From Eledone cirrhosa (Eukaryota): 64,000 nt of DNA. Positions within the stretch are counted from its first letter, which is position 1. Every line of letters starts with the position of its first letter. This document shows, piece by piece, positions 13,948 through 27,991 of the stretch. A model generated the notes under the pieces. The model was not told the origin of the DNA. It searched no databases and saw only the letters and a program-made list of their open reading frames with translations. The translations under genes and the position numbers were made by a program. The DNA lies in contig OZ024756.1 in the NCBI GenBank assembly GCA_964016885.1, positions 38,874,001 through 38,938,000 of the forward strand. The letters are read 5' to 3'.

Positions 13948-14171
13948 GGTATTTAATTAATTGTTTCTACTTTAGGCACAAGGCCAGCAATTACCCAGTG
14001 TATTACGGGTACTTTATTTTATCTACCCCGCAAAGTAAACCTCGGCGGGATTTGAACTCAGAACGTAAAGGGACGTAACTATGCTGGAAAGCATGGCGTC
14101 CAACTCTCTACTGATACTGCCAATCCATGGTATTTAATTAATGAGTGTATATATAAGTTTGTTGATCACCT

Positions 14172-14292
<121 letters not shown>

Positions 14293-15519
14293 TATAAAGA
14301 TATAAAGCATGGCGGGGACGAGGATGGGGATGGTAAAACTTAAAAAAGAATTCAGAGAAGTGAAGCGTGAAAAACTAAAAATCATTGAAGATAAAAATAT
14401 ATAAAAACCAGGAGAATTATATATAAAAAGTATGTATAAAAACCAGGAGAATTATATATAAAACATTAAATAACTGAACAAGAATTATTACTCTCAAGAA
14501 AGGTGAAAAATCTCACGAGATTTCTTAACAGACGTCGTTTTGACATCACACTGCAGGGGTTCTTCCGGAATTCTAATCAGTTCTGAGGACAAGGGAACGG
14601 CATAAATGCCTTTTATGCTTCGAATTAGTGCATCTGGAAAGTAAGTTCCTTTTGTAAGTTAACATCTGGAGAAGGCATTATGCAGTCGACTGAAACCATG
14701 TGATTCACAAGTTCTCAGCAATGATTCCACATTTTTCTATTTTACTTTTGTATTTGAAAGAAAACAAATACCAGTGTTTTTCTCACCACTAGCTTGCTTT
14801 AACCTTTATCTCCTTTTAGAATTAGTGAGAGACAGAGGTAGTGACAGTGGGAGTTTGGTTACATTATGTTCGGACCCGGTGTATATGAGAGATGAGGAGA
14901 GACGGAGAGACAGAGGTAGTGACAGTGGGAGTTTGGTTACATTATGTTCGGACCTGGTGTATATGAGAGATGAGGAGAGACGGAGAGACAGAGGCTGTGA
15001 CAGTGGGAGTTTGGTTCCTTTGTGTTCCGACCTTGTGTATATGTATATATTTCATGGACACATACACATCTTAGGTACTAGCAATGATGACCCATTGATG
15101 ACCGCTGGCCAATATGCTTGTGTAAATAACCACTACTCCCACCACCAACACCACTGCCACCACCACCACCACTGCCACCAGCCCCTCCATCACCCCCACC
15201 TTGGATCATTTTTTGTGGTTTGTTTTGTGTTTAGCCTTTGTTTAATTTACATGTTTCGTCTACAATATCTCTGATATAGAAAATCACTGTTGGCATATTA
15301 ATTTGATAACAGCTTAATATATTTGATCTGACCAGTAGTCATGACAACTGAGCTCTGATGATGAGTGCCAATAATGATAAAAACAAAATAAACAACAACT
15401 AAGGAAGAACTCTGTCTAATAGAACATTAAACTATGTTGATCATTTCTGCAGCCAGTTGAAGTTAAAAGGAACAAAATAAAATGGTGCTATAAAATTACA
15501 GTACCTCCCTCCCGGAAAA

Positions 15520-16404
<885 letters not shown>

Positions 16405-16429
16405 ATAGAGGTGTAACACACGAGTTATG

Positions 16430-16805
16430 ATATATTGGTAAACGGAAAAGAAAATGCTGACAAATTGTTCCCAGTGAAAAATAGTTTAATTAGGAATAAG
16501 TAAAAATTAGTAATAGTATTAGTTAGTATTCAGTTTTGGTTTTAAGTTTTACCGGTTGCGCATTTCTAATGCTTTTCAAAAATAATTTTGAGATAGAGCG
16601 CTCGTGATGTTTGCTCTAATCAGATTAGAGCAAACATCACGGGTGCTCTATCTCAAAATTATTTTTGAAAAGCATTAGAAATGCGCAACCGGTAAAACTT
16701 AAAACCAAAACTGAATACTAACTAATACTATTACTAATTTTTACTTATTCCTAATTAAACTATTTTTCACTGGGAACAATTTGTCAGCATTTTCTTTTCC
16801 GTTTA

Positions 16806-16814
<9 letters not shown>
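16430..16814. repeat. Near-perfect palindrome, ~192-bp arms, 1-nt loop at 16622
   Basis: Centre ...ttgctctaatc a gattagagcaa...; two mismatches seen; (TA)n tracts on both sides. Confidence 0.92.
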
Positions 16815-16882
<68 letters not shown>

Positions 16883-18287
16883 TATATACACTATATAGAA
16901 GTATATATAACATGCAATAATGAGTGTAAACCTAATGACAATAAATTGAAAAAGAGTACTTTTTAAATTTTTTTTTTTTCTAATAAAGTCTGTTCGTATC
17001 TGCGGAAGTTCGCAAGTGGGATCTTCGTAAGGTGGGGACTTACTGTAACCAAAACTGTGTTCTGAAGGTATCTTAGCAACAAAGTTGTTAATAATGGGGC
17101 TGCAGTTTTTTTAAGAGTTTATGCAGAATTATAATTATGTGGCATCTGTTTTCCCGACAAAAAACGGCTATTTTAGAAAAAGGTGCTAGAGAACTAATGG
17201 TGTTTTTTTTTGTATTTTGTAGCTTTGCACTATAGTTACTGGTAACTGTTTTTTACCAATGCTAGAAGTGCAGCTGAAGTTAACTTTAGCATTCTGACTG
17301 TCAAACTAATTATATTCTGTAACTAACTAATTATAGAATTGTATTCTACTAACACATATGTGTTAAGAAATTAATCTCAGAAAGTGTCTCACTGTGTGAG
17401 ATTTCACGTTCAGTTTCATGGGGGAAGACCTATCAACTCTCGCCGTCCGACAGGGAGACCTCCTACCCAATTTGCGGTGGGTGAGAGATGTCTTCTCTTT
17501 TGTGAAAATGGATATAGCTTTCATTATGTAAAATCTCCCCATTTTGCCCAATTTCTCCCCGTTTGGGGGTACTTTATTTCATTGTACTCCCCGTTTTGGT
17601 TGTTAGTGGTTGGCAGATCTGAGGTGGGGAGGGCGTAAATAAACCAGAATACAATAGATAAATAAATAGATCTACATATTATGTTAGTTTTTTTATATAA
17701 TGTTCATCTTTCGACAGTCGATCGACTTTCGTCAAATCGGACCGAGGAAACAATGTTTCCACTGGTTTTTCTAATTGCTAATACTATTTATCGGTCGCAA
17801 CTCCAGGTAGAAGGAGCACCGTGAAATAAAGTGTCTTGCCGGGTGACACAACGCATCACCCGGTACAGGAATCGAACTTACAACCTCACGATTGCGAATC
17901 CAGTTCTCTTACCACTCAGCCACGCGCCTTCATGTTCGTCTTTCATGGGGGTTTTTTTTTTTTTATAGAATGCTTGATTGATCCGTTTTTAATGACACCA
18001 AAGCTGAATAACAGAAGGTAGATAGAAGAAGATGAAGGATATACTAAAGATGAGTCTATGATTTTTAGTAGATATAGAAATAGACACTGAAAAAGAGATT
18101 AGGTTGGGAGAGCTCATCAGATAAGCGAGTCGTTTATTCTATCGCAGCAGGTTTCACATGATGAAGCTGTCAATATATGAGAATAGAAACAAGTTGAAGT
18201 TTACTGAAACTAATTGAAAACACACAACAATGAAGAATCCTTAATAAGTAGCACCCCTGTCTTCCTACGTCTGCACACGAGACTGCA

Positions 18288-18368
<81 letters not shown>

Positions 18369-18561
18369 AAATACATATGTATGCATGCATATGTATTTAT
18401 ATTCTTACTGCTACTGTACGCTACCTGACATGCACAGTCACATCCGCATTCATATCTGCATACACACATACATATGGATAGATTTATCTCTGCCACCCCC
18501 TCGCCCTTTGCCCTTTCCCTCCTCCTTGTGTTATTGTGTTTATATATATATATATACACAC

Positions 18562-18628
<67 letters not shown>

Positions 18629-18853
18629 ACGTGTGTATCTGTGTGCATTAAATTATAATGGTTATTACATACAGAATTTTTGTGCATTGTGTAATAATTA
18701 CATACAACACAGAATATGTTGTTCTCTTACTCAAAAAGGCGTCTTGCTTCTCCACAGAAGAAAGCAGACGTTTTCAAAAAAGTCTGGTTGTTTTCAGGAT
18801 ATCAGAAGAAGAAAATACCAATAAAAGAAGACAAAAAAAAAAACGAAAAAGAA

Positions 18854-19121
18854 AACCCCATTTAAAACCACCTTTTAATCGTTAAAAATTTAGTAAATAA
18901 TTGTTTCTATTTTGGGCACAAGGCCAACAATTATCTCAGTGCATTACTGGTACTTTATTTTATCGACCCCCGTAAGGATGAAAGGCAAAGTAAACCTCGG
19001 CGTTTCATCCATACGGGGTCGATAAAATAAAGTACCAGTCATGCACTCGGTTAATTGCTGGCCAAAAATAGAAACAATTATTTAAATTTTTAACGATTAA
19101 AAGGTGGTTTTAAATAGGGTT
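18854..19121. repeat. Imperfect fold-back duplication of a SINE 3' end plus its flank
   Basis: tttaaaaccaccttttaatcgttaaaaattt versus aaatttttaacgattaaaaggtggttttaaa, enclosing opposed SINE halves. Confidence 0.8.
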
Positions 19122-20266
19122 AGTTGTTGTATCTTGAGCATTTAGTGTGATAAAGAAACTTTTAATCGGACAGCGTACTGAAAGACTGAGGTTTCCACGA
19201 AGATATACAATACATACTAGTCATTAACAATAGCCTAGAGGGTGACACTAATATTGCTAAATATATTCCTAAAATCGATATATAGCGACACTTCTCTATT
19301 TTATATAAGTATCATGAAAAAGTTTTAATGAAAATACTGTGAAAATGTTTAACAGCTGTCCTGACAATATTTAAAATTTGATTTATGACAGATAAAAGTA
19401 ATCACAGCAGTATACAACCAGATAAGTAATCCCAAGGCAATTGTATTGACATTAACTTATGGCCACTTGCTGGTAAATGTCTCAACAACGAGATGGTATA
19501 ATGTACTAAAGTGAAGTTTATATACCAGAGTAACAAAAAAACAAAACAAAAAAAACTCGCTTAAGATTAACCTAACGCACTTTAAGAGCAGATATCTTGC
19601 ACAACATATTTATTCTTTCAGGCACCCAGCACAAAGACACACCACTTCTCTTTCTCTCTCTCTTACTGTCGCTGTCTGTCTGTCTCTCTCTCTCTCTCCC
19701 TCCCTCTCTCTCTATCTCTCTCCCCCTCTCTCTGTCTCTGTCTGTCTGTCTGCCTCCCTCTCTCATACACTCTCTTTCAGCTAGAAAAAAAACAAACGAG
19801 TTGTACCTGTATTTGCAGAGGTCAGTTTTGTAACACACACTTTCATCCACTGAATCTCCCTGAGAACTACGTTTATGGAATGTATAGTATTCCTCTTTAG
19901 CTAATTTTTCATATTTTCATGCCAAAGCTACTTCAGTTGGTGGTATGTATTTGTTGCTGAAATTAGGATATATTTAGAGAGAGAGAGTGTGGGTGTATGT
20001 GAGAGAGAGTGGGTGAGAGAGAGTGTGTGTGAGAGAGAGAGCTAGAGAGAGTGAGAGAGAGAGCTAGAGAGAGTGAGAGAGTGTACAGCTATAATGTATA
20101 TTTACATATTAACGCTTTTACTCTCCAGAAAGGTTTGTTCAAACAAACAAGATCTCACATTTCACACGTCCAGTATATTTACCACTCGTTTAGATTGTTT
20201 TGAGGTTTCTGTTCCATCGTCTACTTCTAACGAGAGGAAATAAGTTACAATCTGTATTTAATATTG

Positions 20267-20300
<34 letters not shown>

Positions 20301-20309
20301 GAAAGATAG

Positions 20310-20760
20310 ATTTCTTTATTTGCCACAAGGGCGCACAAGAAAAGGGGACAATACAAAGACATGTGACGGGGATTTTACATATAGTCGTGTAAAAAAAAAT
20401 TTAACATACAAATCCAACAATCGAAATCCCCAATAGAGGGGTAGCGTTACAAATGGGTTGTTTTATACCCCGTAGATAGAACAACCCTCAACTCCAGGAG
20501 CATATTGTACAAGTGCTCCTGTCTTCCTTTTGCTCTCTTCTTCAACCTACAGAGAAGGCCCAATCACTCGGGCCATTTTTGCCACATTCACCCACCTTTC
20601 AGTAAATTTACTGGGGTGCAATACCTCTCTCTCCACTCTGATTCTCCTTCTAAAGTGGTACCTAAAGAAGGGAATGAGTTGTTGTCCGGAGAGAAAGGCA
20701 TCTGTCCTCAGTCCTCTCAACCATGTCCACCATATTACTTCTTTTACCATAGCCTCTATA
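20310..20760 (-). mobile_element. L1/Tx1-like LINE 3' remnant
   Basis: KEVIWWTWLRG...FTERWVNVAKMARV, then a 3' UTR ending in AATAAA; homologous copy at 48020-48560. Confidence 0.55.
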
Positions 20761-21290
20761 CAGAGGAAAATAGATAGATAGATATATAGATAGATAGATT
20801 TATATAGTATATGTTGGGTTATATTGGAGTTTAACAATATATATCCTGGTAAAGATTATAGAAGCTCAATGCTAATCAATATACTTGGTCCAGCAGTAAC
20901 CCAAGCAAGTGATAGGACGATCATTTTGGGGGAATATTTGTTTCTGTCTATATTGGCAAGAGATATGTCTGATAAAATGACAAGTCAGTCAATCATATCG
21001 GTGGCCTCCCCACAGCCCCGGGGGACAGAATGGAGAAGGCGTTTCCTCGGAGGACGGCACGGGAGATGCGGGGTGTGAAGGTACGTGGTTTAATGGTTAG
21101 TTTGTTTCAGCTCTAGATCGAAAGATCGTACGTTCGATTCCAGGTGGCCCGTTGTATCTTTGAGCAATCCATTAAAAAAAGTACTTCCTGAGTACTACGT
21201 TTAGAATACACGTGTCTGTAGAATGCTCAGTTATCTGCACGTTGATTCCATGAGCAGGCTATTTCATTGATCGTACAACTGGAATCCCCT

Positions 21291-21391
<101 letters not shown>

Positions 21392-21398
21392 ATATATA

Positions 21399-21473
<75 letters not shown>

Positions 21474-21797
21474 ATGAAAATAAGTTGTACATATATATAC
21501 ACATACATACATATGTATACACACACAGACACACACACGCATATATATAACTTGGTTTTATTTTCATATGGCCTTTCGTTTTAACTCTTATTAGATATTA
21601 TATATGTATGTGCATATACACACACAATATATATATACATATATATAAATATACATACATACATATATATACATATATACATACATGTATATATATATAT
21701 AAATGAAGTAATTCCGTCGGAAAGGTCCAGGAAAAAAGAGTGCTCTTTGTAGGTTACAGAGCTTAATAGTTATGTAATAAACAACATAAGATAATTA

Positions 21798-21858
21798 TTT
21801 CATTTACCAGTGGTTTCTTGAAAGCAAACAAAATTTGCTTTCAGTCATCAGAATGAAA
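21798..21858 (-). ncRNA. Type I hammerhead ribozyme motif, inverted copy
   Basis: Reverse complement of 21923-21983 in the left arm of palindrome 21766-22015. Confidence 0.78.
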
Positions 21859-21922
21859 AAATCCTGGTGTATTTATTGACAGTGGATTTTAAAAACCACT
21901 GTCAATAAATACACCAGGATTT

Positions 21923-21983
21923 TTTCATTCTGATGACTGAAAGCAAATTTTGTTTGCTTTCAAGAAACCACTGGTAAATGAAA
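21923..21983 (+). ncRNA. Type I hammerhead ribozyme motif, complete core
   Basis: Stem I UUUCAUU/AAUGAAA; CUGAUGA 21930-36; stem II UGAAAGCAAA/UUUGCUUUCA (10 bp, C.A closing mismatch); GAAA 21964-67; stem III ACCA-C-UGGU; cleavage triplet GUA 21974-76. Confidence 0.8.
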
Positions 21984-22714
21984 TAATTATCTTATGTTGT
22001 TTATTACATAACTATATATATATATACACATATATATATATATATATATATAGATATACACATATATATATATATATATACACATATATATATATGTATG
22101 TGTGTGTGTGATGGTCTTTAAGCCGGTTAGGTAATTAACATATGCACTCAGTTGAGCGCATTAAATATTATCACCAAGAAAGATAAACTTATCATCGCTG
22201 CTCTTAAAATCTCATCGTATTTCATGAGTTGAAACACCGATAATATCTTCAATGTATTGTAGAATTAATGCATGTCTATAGTATCACATATGAATTTCTG
22301 ACAACAGTCAACAACTGTCCCTCATATATTGTTTAATTGAAGCAACTCTGTACACCCTTCTTATCTCTGACGCAGTTAGCAACTGTTTATGAGCAATCTT
22401 CTTATGATGATGTTTTTTGAAGATTTTTCTCGATACAATGATGAGTGCACTGACACACTAGAAGCTAGTTAGTCTCTGCTTTGTTGTTTAAACTGTCTTG
22501 ATCTAGTACCTGATATAATGAACGAAACCTTGATAACATGTACTAGAAGATATTTGGACTCTAAACCTTGATAACATGTATTAGTTTTACTTGGTGCCAT
22601 AAGTAATGTCGGAGAGATGGTGAAAGGAAGAGTTGAAAGAAGCGAACAAGAAGCCTACTTAATCCATATATCAAAGGATTGAAATGACCAAATGTCTTCT
22701 GTTTCTACTCTATG

Positions 22715-22932
22715 TCAAGTCAGTCAATCATATTGATGGCCTCCCCACAGCTTCTGCGGGACAGAATGGAGAAGGTGTTTCCCCGGAGGACGGGAAGGGA
22801 GATGCGTTGTAAGAGCCATTCCAATTCGCGAGTCTCACACCTGCGGCTGGCCAGCTCAGCGCCTATGGTGGTGAGTAAGGAGGTAGCTCTAGGGCCGAGG
22901 ACACCAGAAGTCTCCACTGCCAAGGGCACGAC
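22715..22932 (-). mobile_element. CRE-like non-LTR retrotransposon remnant (restriction-like endonuclease C-terminus)
   Basis: PLAVETSGVLGPRATSLLTTIG...RELEWLLQRISLPVLRGNTFSIL matches the PxAxETxGxxG...QRxSxxxxRGN motif; relatives at 10340-10450(+) and 20980-21075(-). Confidence 0.75.
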
Positions 22933-23730
22933 CGCAAAACTAGTACAAAACTAATACAAACGTTTTGCTTGATGTTTATACGTATTTATAGAGACATGTA
23001 AGTTTGTAGAATGTTTTACATGTAAAAGTTGATAATAATTGTTTCTACTTTTGGCATAAGGCCAGCAATTATCCCAGTGTATTACTGGTACTTTATTTTA
23101 TCGACCCCGTAAGGATGAAAGGCAAAGTTAACCTCGGCGGGATTTGAACTCAGACCATAAAGGGCCGTAACTCTTTGCTGCAAAGCATGGCGCCAGACCC
23201 TCTACCGATACTGCCAATCTAATAATTAATACACATGTTAGAGAATCTCTCTCTCTCTATCTCTCTCTCACACACACACACACACTCTCTCTCTCTCTCT
23301 CTCTCACACACACTCTCCCTCTATCTCTCTCTCTCGTCTGCATCACCTTCTTTCTCAAACTTAATCTACTATTACCGATACATTTCAATGACCTATGCTT
23401 TCAATGATCAAAGTGACTCCATTAAGGAGCAAAATATAATTTATATTTTCAAATCGGATCGTCAGCTCCATCATTCTCATCTCATAGAGGGTAACTTAGG
23501 TTTGGGACCCGTGCTACCTCCCCCCCCAAACAAAAACCAAACTCGCAGATCTCATAATAACATTGCAGCACAATTCTATATCAATAATTAGGTTAATTAT
23601 AAATATAACCTGTCTTTTTTTGTTTTAGTTCATCAAGTTGTATAATAACGTTTCCTGTTGTCATAATTATATGTTTCTCATTAATTTAGTTAATTAATCT
23701 GAATTAATTACTTCTTTTCCAATTTTTCAG

Positions 23731-23763
23731 GCAGCAAATTCAGCAAAGACCCGCGGAAAGCTG
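23731..23763 (+). CDS. Neto: Neto-like gene, 33-nt micro-exon (CUB1-CUB2 linker)
   Basis: Acceptor cttcttttccaatttttcag, donor gtaagt; phase 1 to 1, reads SSKFSKDPRKA in frame between the flanking exons. Confidence 0.75.
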
Positions 23764-23871
23764 GTAAGTAGATTTTAATAAGAAATCAGGAGATAGAAGT
23801 CAGAACAGCAGTAAATAGTCCACCACGTTCTGATAGAGATTGAACGTTCGATTTCCTTTACTGATACTCTT

Positions 23872-23970
<99 letters not shown>

Positions 23971-24018
23971 AATTCTAACCCACCCGTCCCCTCAATCTCT
24001 GTCTTATTTCTCATTCTT

Positions 24019-24054
24019 TCTTCTGATGAAGGACTAGCGTCCGAAACGTTAAGA
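24019..24054 (+). ncRNA. Minimal type I hammerhead motif (Penelope pLTR type)
   Basis: UCUU-CUGAUGA-A-GGAC(UAGC)GUCC-GAA-ACGU-U-AAGA: 4-bp stem I, 4-bp stem II, loopless palindromic stem III; within a module (~23970-24140) flanked by (TA)n. Confidence 0.75.
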
Positions 24055-24195
24055 CCCTCTTCCTGCTGTATCAAGCGTTAACCTAATATATCCCTTCCAT
24101 ATACTGTACCGATTGTGTTGTTATTTCTGTTTACCTTTTACATATACATACATATATATATATACATACGTATATCTATCTATACACATATATAT

Positions 24196-24227
<32 letters not shown>

Positions 24228-24625
24228 TTTACGTCCGCTTTTCCCTGCTTGCAAGGGTGGGACGGGAACTGATTCTGGCTTGATTTCTACAGTTGGATGC
24301 CCTTCCTAACACCAACCTCATTTACAGTGAGTGCTGGGTGCTTTTTTGCCGTGGCACCTGCACGACCACTGTGCAGTGGAATGATAGGGACCCCAGTCCC
24401 TATCATCTCATTTCTACAGCTGAGTAAACTGTATATATATATATATATTTAGAGAGAGAGAGAGAGAGAGAGATATGTGTGGGTGGTACCCATTTAGGTG
24501 TGTTGTATTGAGGCAAATAACTTTGTGTTTACTCTGGGGTTTTTACATAACCTTACCTATTGAGTACGCTGAGATGCAACCGGTACTGGCAGGGAAACCT
24601 TATGTTTGTCCCGTCAACTTCTCAT

Positions 24626-24702
<77 letters not shown>

Positions 24703-25236
24703 CTATCTATCTATATGTCTATCTGTCTGTCTGTCCATCTATCTCCAATGGAACGTTTGAATAAACAAGTAGGCACCATCATTTCCGCTTCAGACGAATT
24801 TTTCTTTTATTTAGATACTTTTCTTATAAATATAAACAAGAGTGGTGACCTAGCAGAAACAGTGGTGCCGGACTAACACATCTTGTAACGTTTAGTTTGT
24901 AGCTATCATCTTATTGAGGGTTCCTTTCGCTGATTACTAATTAAACTATGAGGTAATAAACTCGACTGATTTAACATCCAGGGTGTAGTAATGAAATGAA
25001 ATGAACTGAGAATTGCCTTTAACATGTTTATTAATAACGATATCAGATGAAAATATAGAAATATCGTGAGAGAAAAGTAGAATTATTTCACTAGAATTAC
25101 ATTACTGCTATGGAGTTCATATGTGGAGGCGTGTGGCTTAGAGGTAAGGGTGTTGGACTTACGATCATAATATCGTGGGTTCGATTCCTGGGCTGGGTTT
25201 GTTTGTCCATTGAACAACTAATTATAATTAGCGTGG

Positions 25237-27991
25237 ATTGGCAGTATCGGTAGAGGGTCGGATGCCATGCTTTGCAGCAAAGAGTTACGACCATTTATGG
25301 TCTGAGTTCAAATCCCGCCGAGGTTAACTTTGCCTTTCATCCTTACGGGTCGATAAAATGAAGTACCAGTAATATACTGGAATAATTGCTGGCCTTGTGC
25401 CAAAAGTAGAAATAATTATGTCAAATCTACCCATTTTGCCTCATTTCTCCCCGATTTGGGGTACTTCTTTTCATGGTACCCTTCGTTCCGGTTTTTTAGA
25501 GGTTGGCAGGTCTGAATACACAAACACACACAACACACACACACGTACATACACCAAACCTGTCAACTCTCCCTCGTCTGATGGGGAGATCTCCCACCCA
25601 ATCCAAAGTGGGTGAGAGGTATTTTCTTTTGTGAAAAAGGGTAGAGCTTTCATTATGTAAAAATCTCCCCATTTTTGCCTCAATTCTCCTCGTTTTGGGG
25701 CGCTTGTTTTCATTGAACTCCTTGTTTGGGTTTTTAGAGGTTGGCAGGTCTGTCGAAAGATCCTCAATCTTCTAGCAATGAGGTACTCTTCAAAGGTACA
25801 ACAGACGGAATGAAGTAACTTTACTCAGAGAAATAGTCACAAAAACCCCGAACATTCTAAAACAAATATATATAAGTATATAGAAAGATATTATTAGACA
25901 ACAACAACAACAACATGTCGATAGAAACACATAAGAACCAAATACACAACACACACAATATACACAATATACAAAACATCCATCCATTGAATAACAAATC
26001 ATAATTAGTTATTCGGTGGACAAACAACAGTTATCAAAAGATTGAACCTGCTTTCACAGTATTGCGACAGATCTTGTTGAAAATTTATTCTTTAGAAGTG
26101 AGACATCTTAATCAAAAGTACCGTCGTCTCTTTTAAGATGCTTCCATTAAAAATTTAATATCAACAGTATAAGATGTACATTTTTTTTAGTACCTACTTC
26201 CAGTATCTCGTATTTCTCAGGTACATCAAAAGAAGTCTAATGATTTAGCAGTTTATAAATCTTTTTTTTTTTTTTTTCATACCTTGTATGTTATCAAAAG
26301 CTAAAGAATTATAGTTGAGCTTTTTCGCAGATCCAGTTAAGAGATTCTGTGTAACATTGTTACTGATCTTAGACAGATACTGCTCTAGATGTGTGATTCA
26401 ATTACATGCATGTGTTGTCATTTTATGTACTTCAACACTAACATATACAATTACAATATCGTGTGTGTGTGTGTGTGTGTGTGAACATTATAGGAAAAAT
26501 CTTCCCTTTCAATTTGAGATTAGTTTCTACTACACTATAAATTACTTCAGTGTTATCAATTATACCATCCCACTTTTAAACGAAGGCTTTTTAAGGGGAG
26601 GTTTTCAAATTCTGATAGAGAATTATTGTATGAGAAACTACTGAGAATTATTTCTAACTGTTTTGGGTTCTTTTTAAGTTCTACATTGTTGATATCTCTC
26701 TTCTTCGCTAAAATCCGCCATTAACATGTGCTATCTCTCTCCACAAAGTTCGATCACCAGCAGCAGAGTTCAAAGAGCAAAGATCAAGTCCGGTCCTTAA
26801 GTTGACATTGTCAAGCCATCGTTTAAGAAATTAATACCAGATCAGGGAACAAGATTGTTACAAATCTGTTAAAATATGGAGGTTGAAATTATTCTTGAGT
26901 AGTTTTAACTGAAGAAGTGGGAACTAACTTAATTCACTCACTAAAGTTTCTAGTATTCGATTACTAGAGGCTGTAGAGACAATAGTGATGTTAGTGTTGT
27001 TGTTGTTGTTGTTATTGGTGGTGGTGGTGGTGTTGTTACTGGTGGTGATACTAGTGGTGGTGTTGTTGTTGATGGTGTTGGTGGTGATAATATTAGTGGT
27101 ATGTTGTTGATGGTGGCGGCGGTGGTGGTAGTGATATTAGTGGTGTTGTTATTGTTGATGGTGGCGGCAGCGGTGGTGGTGGTGGTGGTGGTGGTGGTAG
27201 GAAATTTCCACATCCTAGAAAAACAGCTGTTCTTAACTTTAAACGTAAAACATTCGTGTTACAGATTTCCTAATATTGTACCAAGTTGTGTGTGTAGGCG
27301 GATGTTGTGTATTTGGTTCTTAGGTGTCTCTATCGACATGTTGTTGTTGTTGTTGTTGTCTAACAATATCTTTCTATATACTTATATATATTTGTTTTAG
27401 AATGTTCGAGTTTTTTGTGACTATTTCTCTGATTAAAGTTGCTTCATTCCGTCTGTTGCACCTTTGAAGAGTACCTCATTGCTAGAAGATTGAGGATCTT
27501 TCGACAGATCTGCCAATCTCTAAAAACCCCAATCAGGAGTTCCATGAAAAGAAGTGCCCCAAAATGAGGAGAATTGAGGCAAAATGGGCAGATTTTACAT
27601 AATGAAAGCTATACCCATTTTCACAAAAGAAAACACCTCTCACCCAGCCCAAAGTTGGTAGGAGATCTCCCCGTCCGACGGGGAGAGTTGACAGGTCTGG
27701 TGTATGTACGTGTGTGCAGACCTGCCAACCTCTAAAAACTGAAACGAGGAGTACCATCAGAAAAACTGCCCCAAAATGAGAAGAATTGAGGCAAAAATGG
27801 GGAGATTTTATATAATTGTTTTTACTTTTGGCACAAGGCCAGCAATTATTCCAGTACATTACTGATACTTTATTTTATCGACCTCTATATGGATGAAAGG
27901 CAAAGTTAACTTCGGCGGGATTTGAACTCAGATCGTAAAGGGACGTAACTATGCTGGAAAGCATGTCCGACCCTCCACCGATACTGCCAAT
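25237..27991. repeat. Inverted duplication, ~700-bp arms (25237-25950 and 27303-27991)
   Basis: SINE + two MITE units + ~200 bp otherwise unique sequence (tcgaaagatcctcaatcttctagcaatgagg...) present in both orientations. Confidence 0.85.
27813..27991 (-). mobile_element. SINE family B inserted into a MITE with target-site duplication
   Basis: gattttatataat occurs on both sides (~27805 and ~27997) and MITE sequence resumes afterwards. Confidence 0.75.

Larger units (their letters stand above)
21766..22015. repeat. Palindrome, 125-bp arms
   Basis: Centre 21890/21891; one mismatch seen (21886/21895). Confidence 0.93.

Noticed and set aside
15355-15400. CTGATGA as a hammerhead core (also at 35950 and 18114 minus)
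   Set aside because: No stem II followed by GAAA and no closing stems.
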